Position numbers and translations under genes: made by a program. 64,000 nt of DNA from assembly GCA_002633005.1 (NCBI GenBank), contig NMRA01000380.1:370834-434833 (forward strand), read 5' to 3'. Numbering within the stretch: the stretch's first letter is position 1; each line of letters begins with the position of its first letter. The notes under the pieces were generated by a model. The model had not been told where the DNA came from and searched no databases. It saw nothing but the letters and a program-made list of their open reading frames with translations. Source of the DNA: Phoronis australis (Eukaryota > Animalia > Phoronida). Positions 1 to 13,200 of the stretch are shown here, in pieces.

Positions 1-1372
1 TATTTTAATTCTAGGAAGAAACAAACCTACACTTCAATCAAAACACAACACCCTATGTTTGGAATAAATAACATTTTTCATTCAGATGTCGAGTTGCATG
101 AAACTGATGACTTGAACTAAATTTTCATGGCAATTTATATCCACCTACTATGTCTGATAAATAATTAAAATTCACTTTAGCATAAGTACAAAGTATTGCA
201 GAATATGTCACTAAGTGAGATTTAATTTCCATAAACTACTGCGGAGCTGTAAAGTGCTAGTAACCATAATAATATTTATTCAGTAATTTGAAGTGCAAGA
301 CCACCTTGTCTTTAAAGTCACATTTCATCTATAGGCCACTGGTTCTGCTGAGCTCAGAATGTAAGAAATAACACCTTGAAGTTAATAGTTAGGACAAAAT
401 CGGACATAACCATTAATCTAGCCCATATGTCTGGCAGTCCACATTATAAACATACTGAATCTAATTCACAAAACCAAACATTAATTCTATGACTTCATGA
501 GTCGAGAAAATCAGCTCTCTCCCAACATGTTTTCAAACTTGGCCAAGACTTTAATCCCATTTGTAAACCTTCGAGTCATGTCAAAAAAAATTGAATCATT
601 TTTAAACGAATGATATCAACAACTTCATTTCTCAGTATTATCCTCAACAAATACTTCCAACACCAGTTCATCATTGTATAGGTGGCATGACTTCATGTCT
701 GGGAGAGGCCATCAAATTCCTAAAACCCAACAAAGAATGACCTTTGGCCCTTAGTTACCACTTGACAACCAGGCTACTGGTTAATGCCTGAATGACCAGC
801 ACCAACACTCATCGGGAAGAAAAGCACTTGCAAGGTGGTTTTTGCTCTTAACAAAATAACCCAAATATTTTCCTTACGAACGAATTCTTGGAAAAATTAC
901 TCGTATTTACGTACAATTTCAGTCTAGCTACTCTCGAGTCATTCCACCAGTTCAGCCTGGACAAATCAGCTGTGACATCCGATTAGTTACTAAGACAGAA
1001 GTTGACATCGTAAACCAATCAGATGTCTTGGCTAGTCGACATGGCTGAATCCGAGGAGTGACTAAAGCTCAGCTTCTCTGTATCAGGAAGAAATGCGTTT
1101 TTCTCCCAATCCATATTTATAGATCTATGCACTAGTCTACTAAGAAGGAATCTTATTCAATAAGATTCACATTGGAAGTTCTGTTCACAGTTTTACTGTT
1201 GCAAGCAATCTCGAAACCAGCTTAGGGGGTGCATCTGAAGGATAGTCAGGTTGCGTAATTTGTCAGTATTCCCCACTTTAGCTGAACATGAAATTACAGA
1301 TAACCCTCCCCAAATGATAACAAAAACACACATCATGAACAGTTTAACAAGATTATGATTTTAAAGAGAGTT

Positions 1373-1961
1373 GAGGCAACTGCCCGTTTACAAACAGGAT
1401 TTTTTGTACCAAGTTGTCCTGCACAATATATGAATGTATTCATTCAAAGGTCTCAAACCCCTATCTGTAGTTATGAGTGCAATGCACCCTCACCCTTTGT
1501 TGTTCCAGGTTATTGCCAGGAGATAATCCCACAACAGGTAAAATAGGGGCACAACCTCCACATACTGGCTTCAGAGAAAGGGGTACAGAGTAATTTTTCA
1601 CAGCGGTATTTTATACACTACACAACGGACAAGTTTCGTAAAATTTCTTAAGGCAACTGCCCGTCTACAAACAGGATTTTTGTACTACTTCCTATGAGAC
1701 ACCATCTACACACTACAGTTGTTCTGTACAATATATGAATGTATTCATTCAAAGGTCTCTAACCCCTGTCTAAGTACCAGGTAGTTATGAGTGCAATGCC
1801 CCCTTTCCCTTTGTAGTTCCATGGTTATTGCCAGGAAATAATCCCACAGGTAAAATGGGGGCACAGTCTCCAGGCATTGGCTTCAGAGAAAGGGGTAAGA
1901 GTAATTTCTCACCGCGGTACTTCCTACACTACACGACAGACAAATTTTGTAAAATTTCTTA
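1373..1961. repeat. Diverged tandem duplication (units ~1373-1650 and ~1651-1961)
   Basis: Both units start AGGCAACTGCCCGT(T/C)TACAAACAGGATTTTTTGTAC and end GTAAAATTTCTTAA; the second has small insertions. Confidence 0.85.
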
Positions 1962-3647
1962 ATATACGGATTTAGTCCGTCATTAACTTGCATTATACTG
2001 AGTAGCTGTCATTAAACAGCACGCGGCGAAATTTCCAATATTTCCAGCGAGGCAATCGGAATTTGAATGTAACTTTGCATATCATTTTTAAGTGGATAAG
2101 TAATTTATATACACTTCAACACCTGTCAGTTTCTAAACAACACGCATTGTGGTTGTCAGAAAGGCTTGCTTGAACATTTAAACAGAAATTTTTGTGGTAA
2201 TGAACACAAAGTGAAACTGAAACGCTAATTCAATGACATCATCAATGGATTTGGTAGAAAGCCTTATCAATGTGTATCTTAACAACTTCCTCACACTGAG
2301 GTTGCCCCCTAGTTCAGAACTATCTCTCACCTATTTTTTCATACAGTGCGATAATAGTGTCACGTAGTCGATCTGCCAACAATAAATCTTAATGTATTAA
2401 CAGAATGTTACAAGGGATTATAATTTTAAGAGCACACTCTGTGTCACTGGTGCAAAAACAATTCACCCATGCACAGTAATTACTTAGTTTCAAAATAGAA
2501 GCGAAAAAGGACTGAAACGGAAAGTAGGTCTACTAACACGGCCCACAGGTCCTCCTAATTGGTCCACTGTTCTTTCTGTATATATATTCTTCTCTACCTC
2601 TTTATAAATAATTCTCTACATATGTATTTTTAACAGTGTTTTCTTTTGTTGTATCTACCCACACCGATCTAAAATAAATGTTTCGTTTACTTATTTACTT
2701 ACTATACTTAATAAGGCCAATTGATCAATATCCAAGTTCCCTAAAATGATCCCTGCCCCTTCTTCGTAAACAGTGAATGGCTGAATATTTCGAAATATGA
2801 TTTATGTACATTTTCTCCTAGAAGCAGTAGCAATGCTGTGGGTGAGAATTAAAGTACTTAAAACTGATGATAAAAATTTTGAGTCAATCACCAATGCACC
2901 CGAAATTTGTAACATTATCAACTTTATTTACTTATGCTACGAATGAAAGCATGAGGTACTACCGTATTTAGTTTGCTAAATGGTTATAAAATCCAGAAAT
3001 TAAAAGTTTGATATCTCCATCTAAAATTTTCAAAACAGTAATAGAATGGAAAAGGTAAAAATAATTTTGTGATTTTGTGTTCGATTTGGTTTCGAAACCG
3101 ACATGTTAGCATTTTGGCAGTAACAGTCTTCTTGAAATATTTGTCAGTTTGTTGAGGTTACACTGTCACAGAGCTTGGAGGATTCACGGACGAGACTGTG
3201 CCCGGCAAACACAGAATCTAAAACAAACTGACAAAGAAGATGAACGAGTCACTTTCCCACGTCATCCAGACCCACATCTAACTACAACAAGGCCACCAAA
3301 ACTGAACAGGCCGTTTAGGCACAGAACGAAGCCATATATATCATTTTGTGAGCATACGTTGATAGCCTACACATACGGGAATGAACTTGGTGACCCGGTA
3401 ATATGCATTTATTCACGCGCTTGAAAAGACGATTTTATGAATCATTTTTGGAATGAAATAAATACAGGATGTAACAAGAAAAGAATAAAGACACTTCGCG
3501 ACATTATTTCACATTAAACCGTGACTGACGGTCAAATTTGTCTGAAAACTACGTCTTCACTATTGACGGGCTTGGCCGAAGACCACCACCAATGACTAGG
3601 CCTAACAGCCCTAACACAGACAACAGCTGATCGAAAAACCCACTTAC

Positions 3648-3828
3648 CGACATCTATACTCCATATTCTCCCTCCTATTCTGTGTGAAGCTTCCAAAACT
3701 TTCACAGATATTCCAGCTCGAACGAGTGTATCTGCTGCAGTCAAACCAGCAATTCCACCTCCAACTATCACAACCTCAGGCTTGACCATTTTCCTGTCTT
3801 CTTCTGTGTCGTTTTCTGGGTCAGCCAT
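3648..3828 (-). CDS. First coding exon of a flavin-containing amine oxidase (spermine/polyamine oxidase-like); downstream exons not identified in the window
   Basis: MADPEN...[39 protein letters not shown] carries the GxGxxG dinucleotide-binding fold and the LEA..R.GGRI motif of the amine oxidase family. A strong G|GTAAGT donor follows 60 codons +1 nt; the ORF-track tail beyond it is intron. Confidence 0.85.
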
Positions 3829-4095
3829 TTACCTTACATTTGAAGTCTAAGCGATCACGTAGAGGCTAGTCACGTGATCACCAGTCTATTCATTCATGCC
3901 GTATTCGGCCAAATATAGTTCGCACGGGTTTAGACAATTTTTTCTTTGTTCATGACGGAGGGCTGCAGTTTGACCAAGGAGAAGTTTTATAAGTTCTTAA
4001 GACAACAACAATCACTCCAAATAGGCGAAAGAACGTAATGTCAATTGACGATGGCGGAGGGGGGGAAAGTCAATGAGAAAATTGTCGTCTGCTAG
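3829..4095. promoter_or_regulatory. Candidate bidirectional promoter between the amine oxidase gene and the + strand C5orf47-like gene
   Basis: Short CpG-containing head-to-head interval with an E-box (TCACGTGA, ~3870), a YY1-like GATGGCGG (~4050) and GTCGTCTGC (~4084). Confidence 0.45.
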
Positions 4096-4280
4096 AATTA
4101 AGCGCTGGACTTGTTCTTATACTATAGCCTAATTTAAAGTTGTTTTTTGTTTCTTAGAGCTTATCTATGTTTTACGTAATCATTTAAGATGTCTGGTATG
4201 ACATCATTCATGGGTAAGACATTGAGTACAATCCCAATTTGTATACCGTAATTGTGTTTCTGAAATTCAAACTTTCAAAG

Positions 4281-7200
4281 AGATCGTGCTCGCTGCGTTC
4301 TGGTGAGGCACACGGCACGACACTCGTCGGCTTACGCTGAGGCTAAACGGCTTAGGCCTAACAGCAAGCAGGTTTATGTGTATGACTGTGATCCTGTTTT
4401 GTACTTGACGACAACAGCATTGAAGCTATAAGTTCCGAGTTTAAACTCATAATCTCAATTTTTACCCGAAACTCAGGTTTTCGCTTAGGCAATGACCATC
4501 GCCTCTGTTGGCTTAGCTTTGTAGTTAGGCTTAGGGATCATCGGGTGCAAATTCGGGTTATAGACTAGAGTCTGCACTCATTTCTTAGACTTAGTACACT
4601 ACAGAATAAGAGTTAACTGTCTTGAGTTTGTATCAAGGAAAACAGAAAATGTCGAAAATATAAAGGATAAGGCATTACCAAGTGAGTGCCACATCCATCA
4701 AAAATAGTGAAATGCCCCCCNAATTTGCAATTGGATGAGAACTGAGGCTGAGTATGTACCGTTTACCACAGAGTATCCAGCAAAGTCCTTGTCACATTAA
4801 AGGCTTGTTGCACCGTCACGAATTTAAGAGAGCTACTTGCTATTCATAGGATTAATTGTTTGAACATGTTGGATGAGATAACTGCGGTGGTAAGCCAAAA
4901 CACCTGTTAAACATTGAGTTTCAAAGTCAAAAATCAAACAATAAGTTGGGCAAAAGACCTACATGACTGTTTTTAAAATTTAAAAGTAAATAATCCATCT
5001 TTGAATTTTTAAAATCAAGGCATTATAAGAGAAATTGGCAAATAGATTTTCTTCAGCATCCTGGCTATGCAACGAGCATTAATTTGTGAATCGATTATGA
5101 CAGCTTAGGCATTGCGTTGGGGTAACAAAACCCCAATTGTTAGCATAGGATTTGTCTTGTGTCGGGTGTGTCATATCACAATCACAAATGAGATTTTCCA
5201 CCGTCTGTGTTTCCGCTTTTTTATGAATTCAGGTGGTGATTTGTAGGTACTTTTATATATTTCTTAAAATATTTCTTACTTTTTCTGGCCATGCATTTTA
5301 AGACCACAGGAAAGGAACTTCAAGCCTCTATATGAAAATTAAACAAAGATTTACAATAGGAGGATGCTACCCTAACGTGGCTATAAAATCACATTCTATC
5401 AGAGACGCTGAGTTTTGATGTAGACCAGGGAAAAGGACTTTATCAGCTTTAAGTTTGAAAAATACATTTATACTTGGTGAAATGAAATTTCTCAGTCTTC
5501 TGCTTTGTCAGAAAACCTTTTTATCGTATATAGCTCGAAGCTTATTGTATTTGGTTGATATCTGGCACAGGCTGGTGGTGTGGCGGCGGCCATATTTCAC
5601 TTGTTTGGTTTGCGGACTCCAATCTCAGTTCCGTTTCTGGTGGTATTTTTACGATTTTTATTTCTGTGGATTGATCATTTCAAGAGCTGTATAGGAAATG
5701 TACAATTTATTTTTTCTAGAACTTAGCATTCTCGAGTTATGCAAGATGATTTTCTGATTTTTATTTCCTAATTCTGTTATGAACTTTCAGTGGTTGATCA
5801 TTTACTGTGAGTTTCAGTAACTGGCGTCGGGGTCATGGTTGTTGGTGTTCTTGGTTCCGTCGTCTACCTCATAATCTAAATTTCCATTTGATTTTATCAA
5901 GTAGGGCTCTTCAGAGCACGTTCAGTGTTTTTTACAGTTATAAGCTTTGACAAGAGCTGTAAAACAATAAAATCTGTTAAGTTCTTGTGATTTCATTGCG
6001 AATTGCTAATTCTCACCATATAATGACTGAACATTGACTGAAATCAAGGATGATGGATGGATAAATGGGCTTATTTTAGTCTTCTCTGTTTCTCAAGTGG
6101 TTTTTAGCTCTGGCCAGCAAAGCATTGGGTTGTGGGTAAAGAAGATGTGGGTTCCACTCCACATTGGCTGATCTCAGAAAGTGGATTCCCTCTTGATAAT
6201 GTCAATTTAAAACTTATCTAAATTTGTTCCTAATTTAGAGAATTGGTTTATGGACTTGACAATGATACTTTGTCGTCATTTTAGACCATACTAAGTGCAT
6301 AAAATGACCCAAGGTGGGTTTGTAGTCACTTAAATTGTTGGCCAAGTGTATGGTAAATGTTTCTTTTTTTAATTTGACCAAAAAATAATCAGAAATCGTT
6401 ATTTTTCAAATTAAAAACTCACTGCTTTGGTTAAAAGTGCTGGACTTTCAACCCGACGTCTGTTAAGTAATGACAGCTTTTCTACAAAAATGCGCAAATA
6501 ATGACATTTTTCTTCGTGACATGAATGCTGTGTTCATATTGGTTACACCTATCGTTCTCTGCACTTTCTCTAGAAAGTCGTTTATTTATTCTTTATATGA
6601 ACAGCCGAGCCGGATGTCAAAATGAGTTGGAGTAGAGACCAACTGAAAAACCAGCAATGCTTTATTCTTTTTTTGCCCTATTGTTGCCGGTTTTTTTTGC
6701 CAAAGTTTCCAAAATAGCAATTCTCTTTTCTTTCATATTTTTCCAAATTTAATGAGAAAGCAAAGCACGTTGTGAGGTGAGTGTTTATGGTACATTGGCA
6801 TACATGGTGATCATAACGTAAAATTGCCGTGAGGACTTGACAGGGACCTCAGGGGTCTCGCGCTCCACTGATTTATCCACATTATTTTGAAAACGCTTTG
6901 CCCAGTCGCACATTGTGTGTGTCATAAAAGAGATAAGCATACCAGCAGCTGATACACTACTCTCGTTTATCACATTGGTGTTCTCACAGTTGAACTGTGG
7001 TTTTCTGTAGACCCCAGACCGTCCCGAGTTGCACCATATACCAACTCTGGACGGTCTCTCACGACGATTAAGCATTATGATTGTGGAGCTTACGCAACAG
7101 TGAATGTGTGAGCTGTACAGATTGCTTAGTGTGGGCCGTCCGTCAGAGTCGGATTTATCTCCACAGTGCTTGAGTAGAGTTTCATTATAATATTTTGTTT

Positions 7201-10200
7201 CGTCATATTTATTTATTACCAATTCAGATTTAAGCCAGTCAAGTTCTTGCGAAAGCAGTCAGAAGTCTAGTCGTCCAAAATTTCAAGCACCATTCAAAGT
7301 TCAGGCAAAGACAACCATCGAAACAACAAATCGAATCATCTCAACTCTGTCGAAACCAACTTTAAATGACAGATCAGACGCAAATCAGGTTGTATGTCAC
7401 GTGTCAGACCCTCACTGAAGTGAGGGGAAAGGGGCCTTGCGCCTTTTGAGAAGGGAATTTTTCGCCTCCCCAGTCACCACTTAAATTTCCNGATTTCATC
7501 AAGTAGGGCTCTTCAGAGCAGTTTCAGTGTTTTTTACAGTTATAAGCTTTGACAAGAGCTGTAAAACAATAAAATCTGTTAAGTTATTGTGATTTCATTG
7601 CGAATTGCTAATTCTCACCATATAATGACTGAACATTGACTGAAATCAAGGATGATGGATGGATAAATGGGCTTATTTTAGTCCTCTCTGTTTCTCAAGT
7701 GGTTTTTAGCTCTGGCCAGCAAAGCATTGGGTTGTGGGTAAAGAAGATGTGGGTTTCACTCCACATTGGCTGATCTCAGAAAGTGGATTCCCTCTTGATA
7801 ATGTCAATTTAAAATTTATCTAAATTTGTTCCTAATTTAGAGAAATGGTTTATGGACTTGACAAAGATACTTTGTCGTCATTTTAGACCATACTAAGTGC
7901 ATAAAATTACCCAAGGTGGGTTTGTAGTCACTTAAATTGTTGGCCAAGTGTATGGTAAATGTTTCTTTTTTTAATTTGACCAAAAAATAATCAGAAATCG
8001 TTATTTTTCAAATTAAAAACTCACTCCTTTGGTTAAAAGTGCTGGACTTTCAACCCGACGTCTGTTAAGTAATGACAGCTTTTCTACAAAAATGCGCAAA
8101 TAATGACATTTTTCTTCGTGACATGAATGCTGTGTTCATATTGGTTACACCTATCGTTCTCTGCACTTCCTCTAGAAAGTCGTTTATTTATTCTTTATAT
8201 GAACAGCCGAGCCGGATGTCAAAATGAGTTGGAGTAGAGACCAACTGAAAAACCAGCAATGCTTTATTCTTTTTTTGCCCTATTGTTGCCATTTGTTTTT
8301 GCCAAAGTTTCCAAAATAGCAATTCTCTTTTCTTTCATATTTTTCCAAATTTAATGAGTAAGCAAAGCACGTTGTGAGGTGAGTGTTTACGGTACATTGG
8401 CATACATGGTGATCATAACGTAAAATTGCCGTGAGGACTTGACAGGGACCTCAGGGGTCTCACGCTCCACTGATTTATCCACATTATTTTGAAAACGCTT
8501 TGCCCAGTCGCACATTGTGTGTGTCATAAAAGAGATAAGCATACCAGCAGCTGATACACTACTCTCGTTTATCACATTGGTGTTCTCACAGTTGAACTGT
8601 GGTTTTCTGTAGACCCCAGACCGTCCCGAGTTGCACCATATACCAACTCTGGACGGTCTCTCACGACGATTAAGCATTATGATTGTGGAGCTTACGCAAC
8701 AGTGAATGTGTGAGCTGTACAGATTGCTTAGTGTGGGCCGTCCGTCAGAGTCGGATTTATCTCCACAGTGCTTGAGTAGAGTTTCATTATAATATTTTGT
8801 TTCGTCATATTTATTTATTACCAATTCAGATTTAAGCCAGTCAAGTTCTTGCGAAAGCAGTCAGAAGTCTAGTCGTCCAAAATTTCAAGCACCATTCAAA
8901 GTTCAGGCAAAGACAACCATCGAAACAACAAATCGGATCATCTCAACTCTGTCGAAACCAACTTTAAATGACAGATCAGACGCAAATCAGGTTGTATGTC
9001 ACGTGTCAGACCCTCACTGAAGTGAGGGGAAAGGGGCCTTGCGCCTTTTGAGAAGGGAATTTTTCGCCTCCCCATGCAGTCACCACTTAAATTTCCTGTG
9101 TGTCAAACCAATGAACAGCTACAATTCCTTGACAAAACTTAGTGAAAATTGGGTTCAGGCCCATGATTGCCATTGAAAAAATGAAGGGGGGAATACTTGC
9201 TTACGAAAAAATGTTTTTAAAATGATCTGTAATTGGCTTAGCGCATCAGGGAAATCTCAGTTCTCAACTCCACTGGCAAATTGTAGTAGTTTCTGCTCAG
9301 GTCTTGGACAGGTTTCAATTAATCTCAATTATGATTTCTATTATGGGTTATTTCTCATGTGCAAAAGGCATTGTAGTCATATGAAAAATTATGGTGCAAC
9401 TATAAAGAAAGTCTATTTTGTTATTGCAATTATTATTATTACTATTAAAATTCTGAAATAAGTAATTTCCTCAGCATCAGTTCTGAAATTATAGCAAAAC
9501 ATTTTGGGTAAGAAAACAGCAGTCTGACAGGAATTAAATAGTTGTTATTTAATAAGGTGTCATTAGACTTATATCTGTTCATAATGGAAAATTTCCAGCT
9601 AGGTATTGCTACAGTTCTGAGTTATGAGCATGCACAAACTTCCAAAACTATTTCGTACCTAAGGCCTCTTAAGGTGCTCATAATTGAGTTATTTATCATT
9701 AAAGAGCTGCATATAGATGTATATGTTATTTGAGATATACTTCAATTAGCAAGAGCGAGCTAATTTAGAAAGCTTCCAAGTTTTTGTCTTAAAATACATC
9801 CACTGGATACCTCTATTGATAGCACTATCTTCTAATTTGTGTATTATAGCTCTATTGGAATGATATCGAGATACTGATATCTTTTCTAAATGAGGATATT
9901 GTTAGCCATTGTTGCAGTTGTTCCTACACCTTGATGTATATATTAATCACTTAATCAGTCACTAACGTCAGAATTCATTGAATTACCTAGACATGAGAAA
10001 TCGATGTTCTACCACAGGAAGCAGGAGAGACGACTGCACCACTGTCCCCAGTCATTCAAATTCAACATCCTCAATCCAGCAGCAACTTTGCTGCAATGCA
10101 ACCGAATGAGAAAAAGTCAATTCCGAATTTGAGAAGAGCAAAAACAGCAAGATACAATGCAGTCTTACAGCTTGAGGAGGGTCGGGATTCACAGACCTCC

Positions 10201-13200
10201 GAGTCTTCAATTCAAAGTATGTCGGATTAATTTATAAAACAATAAAATAGTTATTAGAGACTTAGAGACAAGTCCCATGGATAGACATACAGGTAATTGA
10301 GGGGCACTGGAGCAGGCCGAGTCACTCAGAATTTTCAATTTCAAATCTGCAGCAGAGTCGGAAGGGTCTCGAGTCTCAAATTGCCCACTATATGCCAGTC
10401 ACAAAGCACCGTAGCTCTAGCTCTGCCTCTATCCTTCGACATATGTATCATGGCTTCTCGGGACCTCGGCTTTTGGGCATTGAGTGTGCTTTGGCACGTG
10501 TTCTCTTGAATTTTGCCACAAATCCATATTCTGTCAGAGACAAAAAATTTTTTGATCCAGACTACTTATGAAATTGGTCTGAAGTAGTTTGTTTACAGCC
10601 ACTAGGTGTCAGCTGGGGATATTGTTCCTATACTGCCCGAGGTGTGAGTTACATGGGCTTGGAGAGAACTGCACTCCAATTGAACCCATTTATATTGATT
10701 TATTTTTGATTATGAACTTTCCTGGATCTGTTCAAGAACTAACAGTTCGTTATTGCTCGAGACTTCTAAGGCTCTACAAGTTGACTTGTCAGATGCGGCG
10801 TTTTATTTGTCGAGCACGGTCTCGAGGATTAGCTCAATAATGGCCAGTTCTTAGCAAGACCAAAAATCACTTCTGAGGTGGGACTGTAAAGTTTGTCTGG
10901 GTACTCATGTGTGTTGTACTGTATTTCTGAAAGGCCTTTCGTACTAACGTCGATGCGTCGATGATTTGGGGAGTTGCAGTCAACATGAACGCTTAACCCT
11001 GGGCCTGGATCGAAGTTAAGAGCTCCAGTTAACATCGCAGTTAACAGGTGGATTTAATAGCGCAGCATCGACGCTGCGATGCAGTATGAATGGTTAACTT
11101 CGGTCCAATCGAAGTTATCGCCAGGTGCCACGGTTATCGTCAACAGTTACAGGGCAGTGCCATCACTAATCATGAGCTGCTTATATTTTGCTATAATAAT
11201 AACCAATCGATTTAAAAATAAGTTTAATGTCATTTAGCACATGTAAATGTTCCCAAATTGTTACATTGAAAAAAATCTTAGCGTGCAGCGCTACCTTGTG
11301 ATAACTTCGATGTCAACAGCGTCACCAACCGTTTACTCTTCGATGTTCGTTAACTACTGAAGCCAGTATGAAAAAAAAGTATGAACGGTCCAGTTAACTG
11401 CGTTGTTTACGTCAACGCTCCACTCAGACAGGACTTAAGTCAATACCAAAGGGCCTTGATAGTTTTCCAGAGTTTTATGACTGAGGGGCCAGTCAACAGA
11501 ATACACAAACTCCTACATAGGCATGGGCATTTTGCCTTTGTGCAGGGCTTTCAGCTTTTCATACACCACTGAGGGATACCTCCTAAGCTTTACTTGCTGA
11601 ATAGACAGACTGACTAATTGGCAAACATGCTTCATTGGGCTAGTGCCACCAATCAATTACTAGACTTGCTCACAAAAGGACCAGCTGTGTTTATTGCCCT
11701 GTTATGTTCCTTGTAGTGTTACTGATTTGCCAGTTTACCATACTCTGTGATTATCTGAAAAGTAAATTCTGTTCTTCCCACCTTGTCAGTGTCAGTCTAA
11801 TAAACAGGTTTTGCAGGACTCTAGAATGAAAATTGGAAATTTGGCTAACTTCGGAACATTGTATCTCAGAAATGGATGATCGGATTTACATGAAAGTTTC
11901 AGATGCTACGCTTTAGGCACTGTTCTTCGAAATATTTTAGGAATTGTTTCACGGGACACACTTTTGCATGAGGAGCTATAAAAAATATTACTTAAATGGT
12001 AATCATGAAAACATGAAAAGTTAATTAAAAACAAAAAGATAATTAAAAATTGTTACAATATTTTTGAGATTTCATTTTGAGCATTTATATCAAAACAAAA
12101 TTTGATTATTTTCTTCATACTATTATGTATTCTGCCAGGATTGTACCTCAATTCTTTTTTGTTAATTATCATTAAACTCAAGACATGATCACATGACCCA
12201 AGCAACGACAGGTCTACCAAAGCTTTCTGTTTTCAGAAAATATATTTACTTTCTTGAGTTAATTCAACAAATTTGTATACATTATGCTGAATGCACTAAC
12301 TTCTGGATATGGTCCTGCATCTCTTTGATTGAAAGTAGAGGGAGCTCTACACAGCACAAAAGGGATCTTTAGGCCTAACTGGTCCCTGGTCCTAGCATGA
12401 CACTGCCCTAACATCACAGGAATCCTTTGTCTGAACTTATTTAGCTTCTGTTAGCAGGTTATGTAACATTGGGTAATAACTCTTAGTAGGGAAACCTCAA
12501 TCTTAACTGCAAATTCTTCTGTTAGTCATAACATACCAGTATATATGTGTGTGTACCTGGGTGTATGCAATAGTGGAGTATCTTTTGATAGAAAGAAATT
12601 TAACCACAGTCTTTTGCAGACTTGATTTCTCATTGCTCACTTGGGTGTAACAGGTTTGTTATGGGGGACAAGCTTTGGGAGGGGGAGGGGAACAATAGAG
12701 ATATTGTAAATACATAGGACTTATGCAGCTGCAGTTTCCACACCTGAAGGCAGGTGGTGCCTCGGGCAGTATTTATTCTGGACAACACTTCAGCTGCCAA
12801 ACCTATAAGTGTAGGTGTGATTGTTCAGTCATTGATTTCTCTACCACAAGGCCTGGCTTTTAGCTTGAAGGCAACTTTATAATTTACAAGTAGTGTTACC
12901 CGAAAAATGTTGGTAAAAAAAATTTATTGTCAAGCAAATTGCAAAAGAAAATCTGAACATTTTTAGCGGTGTATAATGCACCCATGACTGCAACACAAAC
13001 GATGTGCTTCTAAGGGTGTTAATTAGTATCATGTAATAAATAAAAAGGCCTCTATGGGGTGCAGCGTCAGTCAGATCTGTATGAAAAGGCACGTCTGCTT
13101 GGTAGAAACTTATTTGCCAAATTTGACGAACATTCATCTTGAAATTTGAAAGCTATTGAGCCATTGGTAAAAGAAAAAATTTTCCACCACTTGGGTATGC

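Noticed and set aside
6785-8824. Twin 145-aa ORFs as a duplicated gene
   Set aside because: Non-ATG start, no recognisable domain, and they lie in the N-split duplication within an intron of the + strand gene.
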